A stretch of 64,000 bases of DNA from Brevundimonas sp. (GCF_036677305.1 NZ_JAKFEB010000175.1:336-64335); one strand, 5' to 3'; counted from the stretch's first letter, positions 1 to 9,289 are shown. Program-made: numbers and translations. The notes: generated from the sequence alone by a model not told the origin.

Positions 1-1502
1 CCCTCGGACGAGAAGGCGCCGACCGCATAACTGCCCAGATTGGCCATGTAGTCGGCCAGCGGACGGTTCCCGAGCCCGCCGGCGATCGGCCGGTCGAAGC
101 CGCTCCAGACCGTCCTGTCGCCGCCGATGTTCAGATGAACCAGCGGATCCTGGCCGATGCCCATCGGATTGGGATTCACATAACGGCCGCCGTTCGATCC
201 GACCACGCCGTTGGAATAGCGTGACGCCGGGAATGTCGCAGCGATGCTCGCGGGATAGAACGGCCCCCGCGTCCGATCCAGGGGGTCGCGGAACAGGGTG
301 AAGGTGCGGTCGGGAGAATACTGCCAGTCTGACAGGTCGCCCTGCACCTGACCGTTCATGCTCAGCATCGACGCCTCGCCGTGAATCGCACGGGCCGAGA
401 ACCGGAAGGGCCCGCCCTTGTCGTACTTCAGGTCGAGGTTGACGTTGTTGGTCTCGTTCTCGGTCGTGCGGTTGACGGTGAACGAGTTCAGCCACCAGAC
501 ATCGAGATCGTACTCCGTGACGTCGAGCCAGGGATTGCCGTTGCCCCCGTTGACCCCGGTCGTTTCGAAGGCCGTCGGGGTCGTCCAGGTCAGTCCGCTC
601 CAGCGATTGGAGATGTTCAGGCCGGCGGCCCGGTTATGCTCTTCCATCTTGGTGTAAAAGATCTCGCCCGTCAGTTCGAAGCCGTCGTCGATCTGCCAGG
701 TGAAGGCGCCGTTGAAGCCGAGCTTCTTCCGCTCGACGACCCGGTTGAAGCTGTCGTAGCCATGCGGCGCGATCCAGTTGTCGTCCGCACCGCCCCAGTC
801 GTTGTTGCCGAAGACGCCTCCGGAGACGCCGGAGTAGTTGTTGCCCAGATTGGACTCGCTGACGACCAGCGATCCCATGACGCCGAAGCGGTCATCGCGC
901 CAGTTGAGCAGGCCGTTGAACATATAGTCGTCTTCGCGGGTCTGCTCGCCGGTGGCGTATTCCAGCGCGGTGGCTGCGGTCAGCCCCTCGGAAAAGTCGA
1001 ACGGGCGACGGGTGCGCAGATCGATCGTGCCCGAGATGCCGGAGACGGCGTTTCTGACGTCCATGGACTTGAAGACGACGATGGATCCCATCAGTTGGGC
1101 CGGCACGTCGTTCAGGTTGGGCTGGGCGGAGCCCAGATTGCCCGGGCTGAGATATTGCTCGCCGTTCAGCAGGGTGACCACCTGGGGCAGGCCGCGGATG
1201 TTGACGGTGGCGCCCTCCCCGGCGTTGCGCTGGATCTGGATCCCCGCGATCCGTTGCAGGGCGTCGGCCACCGTCACGTCCGGCAGCTTGCCTATGTCTT
1301 CGGCGGAGATGGCGTCGACGAGCGCGGTCGTATCGCGCTTGATGTCGATCGACTGCTCCTGGGAAGCGCGGATGCCCGTGACGATGACCTCGTCCAGGGT
1401 CGATTCATCCTGGCCCGGGTCCTGCGTCTGCGCCAAGACCGGAGAACTCAACGCGGTGCTGGCCAGCAGGGCCGCCAGCGCCGTTGTCCTGTACTGTCTC
1501 AT
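1..1502 (-). CDS. TonB-dependent receptor (N-terminal ~500 codons; gene runs off the left edge)
   Basis: Absent from the ORF track because it has no stop codon in the window. My minus-strand translation from the ATG at 1502-1500 gives MRQYRTTALAALLASTALSSPVLAQTQDPGQDESTLDEVIVTGIRASQEQSIDIKRD... This is a signal peptide followed by a DEVxVTG plug-region motif, also present in the TBDR at 60557-63556. The frame still reads protein-like at bases 62-3 (PLADYMANLGSYAVGAFSSE). Confidence 0.85.
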   Translation of the reverse strand, partial: MRQYRTTALAALLASTALSSPVLAQTQDPGQDESTLDEVIVTGIRASQEQSIDIKRDTTALVDAISAEDIGKLPDVTVADALQRIAGIQIQRNAGEGATVNIRGLPQVVTLLNGEQYLSPGNLGSAQPNLNDVPAQLMGSIVVFKSMDVRNAVSGISGTIDLRTRRPFDFSEGLTAATALEYATGEQTREDDYMFNGLLNWRDDRFGVMGSLVVSESNLGNNYSGVSGGVFGNNDWGGADDNWIAPHGYDSFNRVVERKKLGFNGAFTWQIDDGFELTGEIFYTKMEEHNRAAGLNISNRWSGLTWTTPTAFETTGVNGGNGNPWLDVTEYDLDVWWLNSFTVNRTTENETNNVNLDLKYDKGGPFRFSARAIHGEASMLSMNGQVQGDLSDWQYSPDRTFTLFRDPLDRTRGPFYPASIAATFPASRYSNGVVGSNGGRYVNPNPMGIGQDPLVHLNIGGDRTVWSGFDRPIAGGLGNRPLADYMANLGSYAVGAFSSE

Positions 1503-1545
1503 CCCGTTTCCTCCTCTGGCCGCCTCTTGACGTGCGGCCTTGTCC

Positions 1546-3846
1546 TCAGGGCTGTAGTGTTCGTTCCGTCAGGTTCGCGCGACCGGCGACCGCTTCGTCC
1601 AGGGCGTGGCGCGCCACAGTCACGCGATAGGCGCCGCCCGTGATCCGCCAGCCCGGCAGGGTGGTGTCGTAGCTGGCCAGAATGCGTGGTTCGGTTGTGA
1701 TCGTGACGCGCCGCGTCTCCCCCGGTTCGAGCGTCAGCTTCGTCCAGCCTGCAAGGCGGCGGGGCCGATCCGAGCCCTCGGCCGACACATAGACTTGGGG
1801 CGTGTCCGATCCGGCGCGGCGGCCGGTATTGGTGACATCCAGGCTGACGCTGAGCGTGTCCCCGTCGGCGATCTCGAGATTGGAGTAGCGGAACTCGGTG
1901 TAGCTGAGCCCGTGGCCGAACGGGAACAGCGGCCTGTGGCCCTCCCGCTCGTACCAGCGATACCCGGCGTCGGCCCCTTCGACATAGTCGACGGCGAAGG
2001 CCTGCAGGCCCACAGCGGGGCCGGCGCCGGGGTTGGAGGCCGCGGCGTCTGACGCCTTCAACTCGGCCAGACCGGGGGCGACGGGCCTGGGCGCCTGCTC
2101 GGCCGCGCGCGGGAAGGTCATCGGCAGTCGGCCCGAGGGATTGATCTCGCCGAACAGGATGCGGGCGATGGCCTCGCCGCCGCGCTGGCCCGGATACCAG
2201 GCCTGGACCACCGCCGGCACGGCGTCGATCCAGGGCATGAGCACGGGCCCGCCGGTCTCCAGCACCACCACGGTCCGCGGGTTGGCGGCCGCCACTGCGC
2301 CGATCAACGCGTCCTGACCGTCAGGCAGGGACAGCGATTCGACGTCCTGCGCTTCGGTGGTCCACTGGGTCGCGAATACGACGGCGACATCCGCCTCGCT
2401 CGCGGACCGGGCGGCGGCGGCGGCGTCGTCACCGGCGACGAACGCGACCTCGGCCTCGGGCGCCAGGGCGCGGATCGCGGCCAACGGCGAGGACGCGTGA
2501 TAGGTGACCCGGGCGAACGACGCGGCCGCGCCGGAGGTCAGCGGAATCTCGATAGGCGCGCCGCCGACGCTGCGCACCTGTGACGACCCGCCGCCCGACA
2601 GCACGCCGACGTCGGCGTTGCCGCCGATGACGACGATCCGCCGGGCCGTCCTGGCCAGCGGCAGGACCTCGCCGTCGTTCTTCAACAGAACGATGCCGTT
2701 CTCCGCCGCCCGCTGGGCGACATCGGCGTTGGCGGCATAGTCGATGGGCTGGGGCGTCGTGACCACGGGAGCGTCCAGCACTCCGGCGTCGATCAGGCCG
2801 GTGAGAACCCGGCTGACCATGTCGTCCAGCCGCGCCTCGGGGATACGGCCGGCCTCGACCGCGGCGGCGAAGGGCGCGCCGAAGAAGATGGCGCTGTCCA
2901 GCTCCTGTCCGGATTCCTGATCCAGGCCGCTGAGAGCCGCCTTCTCGGTCGAATGCACCGCCCCCCAGTCCGACATGACCCAGCCCGGATAGGCCCAGTC
3001 GCGCTTCAGCACCTGGTTCAGCAGGAAATCGTTCTCGCAGGCATAGTCGCCGTTGACCCTGTTGTAGGCGCACATGACCGAACCGGGCCGCCCGCGCTCG
3101 ATGGCGATCTGGAACGCCAGCAGGTCGCTCTCGCGCAGATGAGCCTCGCTCATCCGCGCATCCATGATCATTCGCCCCGTCTCCTGGGCGTTGAAGGCAT
3201 AGTGTTTGACCGTCGCGACGATGCGGTTCGACTGCACCCCGCGGATGTGTTCGCCGGCCATCACCCCGGCGAGCAGCGGATCCTCGCCGAGATATTCGAA
3301 ATTGCGCCCGGCCCATGGGTCGCGGGTCAGATTCACCCCGCCTGCGAGCAATACATTGAACGTCTTGGCGCGGGCTTCAGCGCCGATCATGGCGCCCCCC
3401 GCCCGGGCGATCGCCGGATCGAAGGTCGCGGCTGTCGCCAGGCTTGACGGCAGGGCGGTGGCGACATCGCCCCTGCGTTGCTCCACCTGGTTCGCGACGC
3501 CCAGGCTGGCGTCGCTTTCCCGCAGCGTCGGGATGCCCAGGCGAGGAATGCCCGGCACATGGCCGGCCGATGGAATCATGTCGGCGACGGGCGCGCCGGG
3601 CGTCCGATCCGCCATCGGAGGGAAGTAGCCGTGGATCAGCTGAAGCTTCTCTTCGCGCGTCATTCGCGCTGTCAGGGCTGCGGCGCGGGCCCGGGCATCC
3701 GTCGCGGCGCCGTCCGTCTGCACGGACGGGTCGGCCCTGGCCTCGGCATGAACCAGGCCGGGGGCGGCGATGACGCCAGCCGCCAGCAGCGCCACGAGGG
3801 CGCTGGAATGCCGGCGGAACAACATGGCCCTGGCGGACGAACGCAT
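1546..3846 (-). CDS. bglX: Glycoside hydrolase family 3 beta-glucosidase, exported (BglX-like)
   Basis: ORF track 1546..3921 (-). GH3 hallmarks are KHYAFNAQETGR, GWVMSDWGAVHS and FGHGLSYTEF. I prefer the internal ATG at 3846 (MRSSARAMLFRRHSSALVALLAAGVIAAPGLVHAEA, a signal peptide) because GGGAG lies 5 nt upstream. A 43-bp gap to the TBDR start at 1502 suggests one operon. Confidence 0.9.
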   Translation of the reverse strand: MRSSARAMLFRRHSSALVALLAAGVIAAPGLVHAEARADPSVQTDGAATDARARAAALTARMTREEKLQLIHGYFPPMADRTPGAPVADMIPSAGHVPGIPRLGIPTLRESDASLGVANQVEQRRGDVATALPSSLATAATFDPAIARAGGAMIGAEARAKTFNVLLAGGVNLTRDPWAGRNFEYLGEDPLLAGVMAGEHIRGVQSNRIVATVKHYAFNAQETGRMIMDARMSEAHLRESDLLAFQIAIERGRPGSVMCAYNRVNGDYACENDFLLNQVLKRDWAYPGWVMSDWGAVHSTEKAALSGLDQESGQELDSAIFFGAPFAAAVEAGRIPEARLDDMVSRVLTGLIDAGVLDAPVVTTPQPIDYAANADVAQRAAENGIVLLKNDGEVLPLARTARRIVVIGGNADVGVLSGGGSSQVRSVGGAPIEIPLTSGAAASFARVTYHASSPLAAIRALAPEAEVAFVAGDDAAAAARSASEADVAVVFATQWTTEAQDVESLSLPDGQDALIGAVAAANPRTVVVLETGGPVLMPWIDAVPAVVQAWYPGQRGGEAIARILFGEINPSGRLPMTFPRAAEQAPRPVAPGLAELKASDAAASNPGAGPAVGLQAFAVDYVEGADAGYRWYEREGHRPLFPFGHGLSYTEFRYSNLEIADGDTLSVSLDVTNTGRRAGSDTPQVYVSAEGSDRPRRLAGWTKLTLEPGETRRVTITTEPRILASYDTTLPGWRITGGAYRVTVARHALDEAVAGRANLTERTLQP

Positions 3847-4129
3847 CTGGTCTCCCGAAACAGTCGGGCGATCAAGCGTCGGCGTCGGCAAGACCTGGAA
3901 CGTCGACAACCTGCTGCGCAACGCCGGCGGCGCTGCGAGCCAACTCGGACCAGACGGCCCTGACGATGTTGCTGTCGTAACCTGACGGCGGGTTAGGCAA
4001 GCGGCGATCCGAACCTTGTCGCGGGTTCATTTCGGCGCCTGAGCCGTAAAGTTGTTCTCCGGCCTCCCTCCCTTCTGCTTCCTCGCCCCGAAGGTCTTCG
4101 CCTTCTGGAGCATTCAGATAATCACGCAT

Positions 4130-4143
4130 TGAGAGCGTTCACA
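4130..4143. promoter_or_regulatory. Candidate LacI-family operator upstream of the GH3-TBDR operon
   Basis: TGAGAGCGTTCACA is a 14-bp imperfect palindrome (5 of 7 half-site positions symmetric) with a central CG. It sits in a locally AT-richer stretch about 285 bp upstream of the bglX ATG. No LacI gene is present in the window. Confidence 0.3.
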
Positions 4144-4247
4144 ACCACAAACCCGCCACAAATTGTTACGGTCGAAGAACCGTGTGATTTCAGAGTTCTG
4201 TCATGGGTAAACAACGCGATCGGCGGGCCTGAGGAGCGATTCCGACA

Positions 4248-5498
4248 TCACTGTCGCCGGTTGAACCGCTCGATCCGGAACGGCTTCAGGTCGATGGCCG
4301 GGTCGCGGTTTTCCGCGAGCGACGCCGTGAGTTCGGCGGTGATCGCCGCCATGGTCAGACCCAGGTGCTGATGCCCGAAGGCGTAGAGAATGCGCGGTTC
4401 GTGTTCCAGCCTGCCGATCGCGGGCAGATAGTCGGGCAGGGTCGGCCGCGGCCCCACCCAGCGGTCAGGATCCGGCGAAAAGCGGATGCCGAGATCCGAG
4501 AGTCTTTGCTGCAGGGCGCGCCATTTACGCGGGTCTCCGGGCGCGTCGGGCGAGCCGAACTCGACAAAGCTGGAGGCGCGCAAACCGCTGGTGAAGCGCG
4601 ACACCACCATGGAATGGTCCTCGAACACCGTCGGCGGCAGCGCTTCGTCCCAGCCGTGTTCGGCGCTCTGCACCGAATAGCCGCGCTCGCCGATCACGGG
4701 CGCATCGACGCCGAGCCCGCGCATCAACCGGCCGGCCCACGCGCCGGCTGCAACCAGCGCGCCCTCCGCCTCGTGACAGGGGCCGCCTTCAAGGTGCGCC
4801 ACGACGCGGGCGCCGCATGAGAGACGCTCGACCCGGGCATGGACCACCTCGCCGCCGCGCGTCCGGAACGCGGCCATGAGGGCGTCACGGGCGGCCTGCG
4901 GTTCGCTGACCTGGGCTGTGCCGGAGAAACGAATGCCCGCGACGGGGGCGCGCGCCATGACGTCCGCATAGGTTTCCAGTTCGTCCGTCGACATCGGCCG
5001 GAAGGCGGCGCTGCCCGTTGCGGCTCCGTCCCAACTCCGGCGACCCGCCTCGGCCGTGCGGTCGGACATCCAGACGACGGCGTGGCCTTCACGGCCGACG
5101 ACATCGGGCGAACCGGAGAACTCCGCCAGCCGCCTCCATGCCGGCAGGGCCTGGGCGAGGATGGCGGTCAGGGCCGCCTGCCCTCGCGCGTGACGCGCCG
5201 GACCGGAAGCGGCGATGAAACGCGCCGCCCAGGGGAGCCACAAGGGGGCGTCCCGCCAGCGGAAATCGAGAGGCCCGCCCAGACCGAACAGCCGCTTGGG
5301 AAAAGCCCTGAGGCTTTCGCGCGACGCCAGCGGCGAGACCTGTTCGGCCGCAATATGGCCGATGTTGCCGAATGACGCCCCTCGCCGGGGATCGCCCGGA
5401 TCGATCAGGGTCACGGCGAAGCCCGCCGCCTGCAGACGCAGCGCCGAGGCGGCGCCCACCAGACCGCCGCCGATCACGAGATAGGACTTCGGCTGCAT
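4248..5498 (-). CDS. FAD-dependent oxidoreductase (DadA/DAO family); by context D-hydroxyproline dehydrogenase
   Basis: ORF track, 416 aa. N-terminal dinucleotide-binding fold VIGGGLVGAASALRL. Divergent from the DapA-like and hydroxyproline-epimerase genes. Confidence 0.8.
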   Translation of the reverse strand: MQPKSYLVIGGGLVGAASALRLQAAGFAVTLIDPGDPRRGASFGNIGHIAAEQVSPLASRESLRAFPKRLFGLGGPLDFRWRDAPLWLPWAARFIAASGPARHARGQAALTAILAQALPAWRRLAEFSGSPDVVGREGHAVVWMSDRTAEAGRRSWDGAATGSAAFRPMSTDELETYADVMARAPVAGIRFSGTAQVSEPQAARDALMAAFRTRGGEVVHARVERLSCGARVVAHLEGGPCHEAEGALVAAGAWAGRLMRGLGVDAPVIGERGYSVQSAEHGWDEALPPTVFEDHSMVVSRFTSGLRASSFVEFGSPDAPGDPRKWRALQQRLSDLGIRFSPDPDRWVGPRPTLPDYLPAIGRLEHEPRILYAFGHQHLGLTMAAITAELTASLAENRDPAIDLKPFRIERFNRRQ

Positions 5499-5523
5499 CG
5501 GCGTCCGTTGCCTCGACCTGAAG

Positions 5524-5535
5524 ATCGTATACGAT
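5524..5535. promoter_or_regulatory. Perfect palindrome ATCGTATACGAT, candidate GntR operator (copy 1)
   Basis: Lies in the 68-bp divergent intergenic region between 5498 (-) and 5567 (+). An identical 12-mer recurs at 9315-9326. It fits the general GntR-family GT-Nx-AC operator form. A GntR/FadR-type regulator is encoded at 7470-8120. Confidence 0.55.
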
Positions 5536-5566
5536 AATGGCTTAAATCGTTGGAAGCGAGGACCCG

Positions 5567-6463
5567 ATGTCGATTTCCTGGGAGGGCGTGATCCCCGCCG
5601 CCACGACGCAGTTCGCGGCGGACTTCTCGGTCGATTTCGACTCCACGGCGGCCGTGCAGGACGGGCTGATCCGCGACGGCGTCCACGGCCTGATCGTCAT
5701 GGGCACCGTGGGCGAGAACAACTCGCTGGACGCCGACGAGAAGCGCGCCGTCCTGGCCGCGACGGTGAAGACGGTCGCCGGTCGCGTCCCCGTCATCGCC
5801 GGGGTTGCCGAGCTGGACACCCGCCGCGCGGCGGCCTTCGCCCGGGACGCCGAGGCTATCGGCGCCGACGGCCTGATGGTCCTGCCCGCCATGGTCTATG
5901 TGCCGACCCAGGCCGAGCTCGCCGCGCATTTCCGGACCGTGGCCGAGGCCACCAGCCTGCCGATCATGCTCTACAACAACCCGCCGGCGTACCGCGTCAG
6001 CATCGGCTTCGAGGCCCTGCACGCCCTGTCGGACCTGCCCCATGTCGTCGCCCTCAAGGAGAGCGCGCCGGATACGCGCCGCTTCACCGACCTGCTCAAT
6101 GAGTTCGGCGACCGTTACGTCCTGTTCGCCGGGCTGGATGACGTGGCGCTGGAAGGGCTGATGCTGGGCGCGCGCGGCTGGGTTTCGGGCCTGACCAACG
6201 CCTTCCCGAAGGAGTCCCTGGCCCTGTGGGACGCCTTCAAGCGGGGGGACATGACCACGGCGCTCGCCATCTACCGCTGGTTCATGCCCCTGCTGCATCT
6301 CGACGCCGACCATGACCTGGTCCAGTCGATCAAGCTGGCCGAACAGATCATGGGCCGGGGCCACGAACGGGTCCGCCCGCCTCGCCACCCGCTGATCGGC
6401 GCCCGCCGGGCCGAGGTCGTCGCCATGGTCGAGAAGGCCGCCGCCACCCGGCCGGTGCTGTAG
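5567..6463 (+). CDS. DapA/DHDPS-family lyase; by context delta1-pyrroline-4-hydroxy-2-carboxylate deaminase
   Basis: ORF track, 298 aa. DHDPS-like GTVGEN motif near the N-terminus. GAGGA lies 5 nt upstream of the ATG. Immediately followed by the epimerase gene (2-bp gap). Confidence 0.8.
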   Translation: MSISWEGVIPAATTQFAADFSVDFDSTAAVQDGLIRDGVHGLIVMGTVGENNSLDADEKRAVLAATVKTVAGRVPVIAGVAELDTRRAAAFARDAEAIGADGLMVLPAMVYVPTQAELAAHFRTVAEATSLPIMLYNNPPAYRVSIGFEALHALSDLPHVVALKESAPDTRRFTDLLNEFGDRYVLFAGLDDVALEGLMLGARGWVSGLTNAFPKESLALWDAFKRGDMTTALAIYRWFMPLLHLDADHDLVQSIKLAEQIMGRGHERVRPPRHPLIGARRAEVVAMVEKAAATRPVL

Positions 6464-6465
6464 CC

Positions 6466-7467
6466 GTGGCGCGCCACGTCTTCCGCTGCATCGACGGCCA
6501 CACCGCCGGCAATCCCGTGCGTCTGGTGATCGAGGGCGCGCCCGCGCTGACGGGAGACACCATGAGCGCGCGGCGGCAGGACTTCATGGCCCGCTACGAC
6601 TGGATCCGCACCGGCCTGTGCTTCGAGCCGCGCGGCCACGACATGATGAGCGGCGGCTTCCTCTATCCGCCGACCACGCCGGAAGCCGATGTGGGCATCC
6701 TGTTCATCGAGACCAGCGGCTGCCTGCCGATGTGCGGGCATGGGACCATCGGCATCGTCACCTTCGCGCTCGAACACGGCCTGATCACGCCGCGCACGCC
6801 CGGCAAGGTCGTCGCCGAGGTCCCGGCGGGCGTGATCGAACTCGACTATGTCCGGGAGGGCGGGCGCGTCCGTTCGGTCCGCATTCGCAACGTCGCGTCG
6901 TGGCTCGACCAGCAGGGCATCGAGATCGACGTCCCCGACTTTGGACCGTTGACGGTCGACGTCGCCTACGGCGGCAATTTCTACGCCATCATCGAGCCCC
7001 AGGGAGCCTACGCCGGGCTCGACGCCCTCGGCGCCGCCCGCATCCTGCAGCTGTCGCCGGTCATCCGTTCTCTGGTGCGCGAGGCCTTCACCCCTGTGCA
7101 TCCGCTCGACCCGACCATCCGGGGGGTCTCCCACCTGTTGTGGGCCGACAGGCCGCGGGGCCAGGGCGCCGACGGCCGCAACGCCGTCTTCTACGGCGAC
7201 AAGGCCATCGACCGCAGCCCGTGCGGCACCGGGACCTCGGCGCGACTGGCCCATCTGCATGCGACCGGCCGCCTGCCGCTCGGCCAGGCCTTCGTCCACG
7301 AAAGCTATATCGGCAGCCGTTTCACCGGCCGCGTCGAGGCCGAGACAGAGGTCGGCGGCCGCCCCGCCATCATCCCCTCTGTCGAGGGGTCGGCCATCGC
7401 CACGGGCCTGAACGAGATCTGGATCGACGACGAGGACGTCTTCGCCCACGGTTTCCAGGTGGTCTGA
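6466..7467 (+). CDS. Proline racemase family protein, 4-hydroxyproline 2-epimerase type
   Basis: ORF track, 333 aa (GTG start). Both catalytic cysteines of the racemase/epimerase class are present (LPMCGHGTIG and DRSPCGTGTSARLA). Confidence 0.85.
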   Translation: MARHVFRCIDGHTAGNPVRLVIEGAPALTGDTMSARRQDFMARYDWIRTGLCFEPRGHDMMSGGFLYPPTTPEADVGILFIETSGCLPMCGHGTIGIVTFALEHGLITPRTPGKVVAEVPAGVIELDYVREGGRVRSVRIRNVASWLDQQGIEIDVPDFGPLTVDVAYGGNFYAIIEPQGAYAGLDALGAARILQLSPVIRSLVREAFTPVHPLDPTIRGVSHLLWADRPRGQGADGRNAVFYGDKAIDRSPCGTGTSARLAHLHATGRLPLGQAFVHESYIGSRFTGRVEAETEVGGRPAIIPSVEGSAIATGLNEIWIDDEDVFAHGFQVV

Positions 7468-7469
7468 GG

Positions 7470-8120
7470 ATGACCAGCCGCGCGCCGCGTCCCCTGCCCG
7501 ACCGGATCTTCGCCGAGGCCCGCGAGCGAATCCTGTCCGGCCGCCTGCCCGCCGACGCCCCGATCCGCCAGGACGCCCTGGCGCTGGAACTGGGCGTCAG
7601 CAAGATTCCGCTGCGCGAGGCCCTGGCGCGGCTGGAAAGCGAAGGGCTGGTCGTTTCCCACCCCAACCGCGGCTTCATTGTCCGCCCCCTGTCGCGCGCC
7701 GACGCCGAGGACGTCTTCGACCTGCGCCTGCGCATCGAACCCAACGCCTGCGTACTGGGCGCGCTTGAGGCGGATCAGGCCGCGCACGACGCCGCGCGCG
7801 AGGCCTTCGCGGCACTGGACGCCGCGCTTCGCAACGGTCTCGCCGACATCGGACGGCGCAATCGCGAATTCCACCTGGCGCTGGTCCGGCCGTCCCGGCG
7901 CGGCGTCACCATCGAGACGGTCGACCGATTGCTGGCCCTGTCCGAACGCTATGTGCGGGTCCACCTCGGCGAGCACCGCCGGCTGGACCGCGCCAGCCAC
8001 GAGCATGAAACCCTGCTGCAGGCCTGGCTGGACCGTCGGACCGAAACCGTCCGCCGCGAGGCCCGCACGCATATCCGCGCGACCCTGATCGACCTTCGAG
8101 CCCAGTTGCCGGAAGCCTAG
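7470..8120 (+). CDS. GntR-family transcriptional regulator (FadR/FCD subfamily)
   Basis: Only the last 216 codons of the 500-aa ORF 6618..8120 are real. The ATG at 7470 is in frame, 2 bp after the epimerase stop. Winged HTH LALELGVSKIPLREALARLESEGLV, followed by a helical C-terminal domain. Confidence 0.85.
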   Translation: MTSRAPRPLPDRIFAEARERILSGRLPADAPIRQDALALELGVSKIPLREALARLESEGLVVSHPNRGFIVRPLSRADAEDVFDLRLRIEPNACVLGALEADQAAHDAAREAFAALDAALRNGLADIGRRNREFHLALVRPSRRGVTIETVDRLLALSERYVRVHLGEHRRLDRASHEHETLLQAWLDRRTETVRREARTHIRATLIDLRAQLPEA

Positions 8121-9289
8121 GCGGGCCAGGCCGGAACGTCGGCGAAGGGTTCGTCCAGACTGTGCTGCGGCCGGGTGAACCACTCGGGCCCCGTGTCGGT
8201 CATGTGGAAATGATCCTCCAGCCGGACGCCGAACTTGCCCGGCACGACGATCATCGGCTCGTTCGAGAAACACATGCCCGTCGCCAGCGGGGTGACGTCG
8301 CCCTTCACGAGATACGGTCCCTCGTGGATATCCAGACCGATCCCGTGGCCCGTGCGGTGCGGCAGGCCGGGCAGGCTGTAGCCGGGGCCGAAACCGTCGG
8401 CCTGCAGCGACCGTCGCGCCGCCGCGTCGACAGCCTCGCAGGCTGCGCCCGGCCGGGCGGCCTCGAAGGCCGCGGCCTGGGCCCGCTTTTCGGCCTCCCA
8501 CACGATCCGGACCTCGGGCGTCGCCTCGCCGAACACATAGGTCCGGGTGATGTCCGAGCTGTAGCCGTCGATCCGCGTGCCGGTGTCGATCAGCACCACG
8601 TCGCGGGGCGCCAGGGCCCGGTCGCCCTCGCCTCCGTGCGGCAGGGAGGTGTCCTCGCCGAAGGAGACGATGCAGAAGGAATTGCCCGATCCGCCCAGGG
8701 CGCGATGCTGGTCGTCGATGAACCGGACCACCTCCGAGGCGCGCTGGCCGGCGCGAAGCTGCTCATGGGCGCGGCGGTGGACCTCGATCGTGATCGCCTT
8801 GGCGTGGCGCATCAGGGCGATCTCGGCCGGCGATTTCCGGCTCCGCAGCGGATGGATCAGGGGGGCGGCGTCTACGAGGCGCGCATCGTCGATCTCCGCC
8901 CGAAGGCTGCGATACATGGCCAGGGCCATCCGCTCGTCGACGGCCAGACGGCCCTTCCCCCCGATCCGGTCCGCGACCAGCCGCCAGGGACTCTGGTCCT
9001 CCTCCCAGGTCAGGATCTCGCCGGGCAGGGTGATCAGACCCTCGATCTTCTCCAGTTCAAAGCGCGGGGTGATGTAGTCGAGCCCGCCCGAGGCATGAAC
9101 CACGGCGCCCACGAGGCGCTCGGACGGATACCAGTCCAGACCGGTGAAATAGCGGAGGCTCGAGGTCGAACCGAGCAGCACCGCCTCCACGCCCGCTGTC
9201 TCCATCTCTCGCCGAAGGCCGGCCATGCGGGCCTGTCGCTCGGCCGCTCCGATCGGGGCCGGCGCCGATCCTGATACGCTCGCCATCAT
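8117..9289 (-). CDS. M24-family Xaa-Pro dipeptidase/aminopeptidase (prolidase-like)
   Basis: ORF track, 390 aa. Pita-bread metal-ligand context VVLIDTGTRIDGYSSDITRT, HRTGHGIGLDIHEGP, SNEPMIV, VRLEDHF. The stop overlaps the GntR stop by 4 bp (convergent). Confidence 0.85.
   Translation of the reverse strand: MMASVSGSAPAPIGAAERQARMAGLRREMETAGVEAVLLGSTSSLRYFTGLDWYPSERLVGAVVHASGGLDYITPRFELEKIEGLITLPGEILTWEEDQSPWRLVADRIGGKGRLAVDERMALAMYRSLRAEIDDARLVDAAPLIHPLRSRKSPAEIALMRHAKAITIEVHRRAHEQLRAGQRASEVVRFIDDQHRALGGSGNSFCIVSFGEDTSLPHGGEGDRALAPRDVVLIDTGTRIDGYSSDITRTYVFGEATPEVRIVWEAEKRAQAAAFEAARPGAACEAVDAAARRSLQADGFGPGYSLPGLPHRTGHGIGLDIHEGPYLVKGDVTPLATGMCFSNEPMIVVPGKFGVRLEDHFHMTDTGPEWFTRPQHSLDEPFADVPAWPA

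Noticed and set aside
381-1643. 420-aa plus-strand ORF (with 418..657 and 952..1530)
   Set aside because: It lies antisense to the TBDR coding frame. Its composition is Arg/Gly/Val/Asp-rich low-complexity sequence with no recognisable domain, which is the typical shadow ORF of a high-GC gene.
3872-4129. 85-aa minus-strand ORF upstream of bglX
   Set aside because: By my codon-by-codon reading its third-position GC is only moderate, whereas neighbouring genes use G/C at nearly every third position. It has no SD, no recognisable domain and a Glu/Gly-rich start. It is more likely promoter/leader DNA.
6618-7469. First 284 codons of the 500-aa ORF 6618..8120
   Set aside because: This part overlaps the hydroxyproline epimerase in a different frame and is Arg/Pro-rich. 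Only the GntR part from 7470 is credible.
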